DNA from: Azolla caroliniana | Taxonomy: Eukaryota; Plantae; Polypodiophyta | DNA: 64,000 bases | Direction of reading: 5' to 3' | Assembly (NCBI GenBank): GCA_043228905.1 | Contig: JBHGNT010000005.1 | Span: 14,694,001-14,758,000, forward strand | Shown: positions 61,437 to 64,000 of the stretch, piece after piece | Numbering within the stretch: the first letter of the stretch is position 1 | How the letters are laid out: the number at the start of each line of letters is the position of its first letter | Notes under the pieces: generated by a model | Database searches by the model: none | The model's input: the letters and a program-made list of their open reading frames with translations, nothing else | Told to the model about the DNA's origin: nothing | Translations under genes and position numbers: made by a program

Positions 61437-64000
61437 TGTTGGCCGATCAGAAGAGCAAGGACAAGTGGGAAGGCGGAGTCGGATCGGATAATAGGAAGTA
61501 AATAATAGTAGAATTATTATTTGGAGGGACGGATCCGGTACAGTTGTACCGATCCGGATCCGGACCGATTCGGATGTCGGTTGCCTAAGCGCACCGATTG
61601 TAACCTTGCCGGATGCCTATAAAAGGATCCAATGATTTGTAAAGGGTTTAAAAAAAACGGAAGTAATACAATAGTAATTATTGCGTGTTTATCTGTATCT
61701 CGTATTGTTTACCGTCTGTGCTTAATGGTAATCATCTTACGCGTGTAACCTAGCATCCAATCCTTACCACCCCTTTGGAGAAGTGTCGGATAGACACCTG
61801 TGTTGAGGCTAGTCCGGCCAGACAAACAACACTATTTTGGCGACCACGACCACGATTCCTGCAAAGTGCAGAGGACAACCGGGGGATGGATGTCTAGACC
61901 AAACGACGACCACATAACCGAACGAGGGAGACGATACACCGAATGCGAGCAACGACGGGAAGCCCTGTAGCAAGCCGTCGACGAGATCCGACGGGATCGG
62001 TCATTCTCCAAAACTCTTCGGAGAGTCGCAGAAGAAGCACTGCAGTTCCGGGTTCTGCAAATCCCCGACAAAGGCAGTAGCATAACAAGCCTGCAAGAGG
62101 CGGAAACGATACTGCAGACGCTCGCCGGGGGCAACGGGGACTCGGAAGCATTCGCAACACTTGAGGCGGAGTCGGAAAGCGACGGAAGCGTTGCGTCCCG
62201 GTATAAAAGCAGCCACGACACACCAAACGATCGGGAGGACGAGGGGTCGGAAGACTCAGTAACACCGGCGCCAGAGGAAGAAATAACCCTGCAATTCGGT
62301 GACCGGCAATCGCCGAGGGAGGCTGACCGGATACCGACAACAACCGCGAAGGAACCGAAGGAGCGGATACTGACAACACCCGCGGAGGAACCAAAGGACC
62401 GGACACCGGCAACACCCGCGGAGGAACCAAAGGTTCTCACACCAACGCCAGCAGCGGACAGAGAGCGGAGGAAACAGGAGAGTCAGTTGGACGACACGAT
62501 GCCGTACCCATACCCAAAGTACCGGGATGAGGCCGACGCGGAGGCACACGTGTACGCATTCCTCCAAACATGGGAAGCCAACCATGTCTCCCAAAGACTG
62601 ACGGAGCCCGAAGCCGAACGATCCAAAGTCGCCGAATTCGGCATAACCTTAGAAGGACCGGCGGCCCGATGGCACGCAAAGCACTTACCGGGCAGCTTTG
62701 CCACATTCGATGCCTTGAAGGCCAGATTCCTCAGGCTTTTTCACAGACAATTTGAGCAAAGGGAATTGGTCGGGCAGTTCTACACCACCCGGCAGGAAGT
62801 GAACGAGACTGTGCCACAATTCATCATTCGGTTTCAGACCCTGCACAGCCAACTGACAAGAGCACCACCCGAAGACGAAGCCAAAGCAGTCTTTTTGGCC
62901 GCACTGAAAGAGCCACTTCGAACAATGTGCGGAGTCCTTGATTTCCAAACCAGCACAATGGACCAAGTTATTGATCGGGTTTTAGAAATGGACAAGACTA
63001 GCCCCTTCTTGTCGATGGGGATGTTACACCGGGCACTCCCAAAGGAGGAAGACCTGAGGTTCCGACAGGCCTTACACTGTACAACATGCCTAAATTCGGG
63101 GCACTCAACAGTAGACTGCACCCTGCGGACACAATGTATGATCTGCAACTCTCGAGCCCATACAACGGACCGATGCGAATATAACCTGTTAAATCGGCAG
63201 GCAGCACCGGTTCGACACATAGAACCGCGCAATCAGAACCCGGACGAGGATCGATTCCGGAGAGACGACCGCTACCAACGCGAACGCGGTAACAGATACG
63301 CTGATAGAAGACGCGACAACTATGACCGAGAGGAGAGACGCAGAGATAGCTACCCCCGGGACCGGTACGACCGAGACGAATCCCCGGAATACGACCGACG
63401 CAGAGAAGAGAGGCGACAAGGGAACCGAAATTTCCGACGGAATCAGAAGCGTGGATTTTTCTGAAGAGAGGAACGTCGGGGGGCAGCGAGGTATGACAAC
63501 CCGGTATCGGTACCGGATAACCGAAAAACCGAAGACGACCGCCGGAGCATACCCACCCTCCAAACCGGGGACAAAGGAGAAACGAGCAACAGTCACAAGG
63601 TGTACTGTTATTACTGCCGTAAGGAAGGCCACTATAGTAACCAATGCCCAAGCAAAACCAATGACAAGCAGCCGGAAGTCAACATGGTTACAACCGAAAT
63701 AACAGAAGTACAGCAGGTCACAACCCGATCAAAGGGAAAGACCGCCGAGTGGGAAGCCCAGGAGGCAATCAGAAAACAAGCGGCACAATGGATCAAGGAG
63801 GCCAATGAACAGAATGCGGCAGAAGTAAGAGACCAAAATATGCCAAAAGACGAAGAAATCATACAGCCAGGAGAAAACCCGACGTGGCAAGCGCTACAGG
63901 ACTGTCAAATCGTACTGCCGTTAGCACGACTACTACAGTTAGTGCCACGGTTTACGGCAGACCTACAGGCATCCGTCATCAAACTGAAGCCGACGCCAGC
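61437..64000 (+). mobile_element. 5' part of a non-chromo Ty3/gypsy element (E): LTR, tRNA-Arg-type PBS and degenerate gag; runs off the window
   Basis: LTR 61437-61831 is related to the F LTRs; PBS TGGCGACCAC. Gag starts at about 61890 and has stops; it includes a retrotransposon-gag core (AARWHAK...FLRLF...FIIRFQTL) and CCHC knuckles CTTCLNSGHSTVDC, CMICNSRAHTTDRC and CYYCRKEGHYSNQC. Confidence 0.85.

Noticed and set aside
61832-63862. Many long antisense ORFs over E, also over B, C and K
   Set aside because: They are shadows of GC-rich retrotransposon coding strands with no recognisable domains.

Overview
Eukaryotic land-plant nuclear DNA, probably a fern or other seed-free vascular plant (inferred from TE-filled introns and a Tcn1-like chromovirus). 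There are two intact-looking minus-strand host genes. The first is a 12-exon methionine S-methyltransferase (MMT, 289-20497, about 1079 aa); its 12.2-kb GC-AG intron 5 holds a Copia element, LINE pieces and a hAT-type MITE. The second is a 9-exon DHHC S-acyltransferase of the PAT19-22 type (31244-36899, about 704 aa). The region 37.8-64 kb is a nest of LTR retrotransposons up to six layers deep, reconstructed from LTRs, PBS/PPT and TSDs. The most notable element is a very young Ty3/gypsy chromovirus (39240-44900; LTRs differ at 1 of 399 nt). It has no tRNA primer site; instead a perfect 12-nt PBS is complementary to the predicted 5' end of its own transcript (Tf1-like self-priming). It also has a perfect five-unit heat-shock element beside its TATA box, tRNA-type A/B boxes in U3, and a non-canonical -1 frameshift signal. 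Other oddities are a Copia lineage with a duplicated PPT flanking a conserved extra ORF, an aberrant insertion with a 33-bp target duplication, and an LTR element with no PBS or PPT that carries only a coiled-coil ORF. All coordinates were read by eye; no searches were run.
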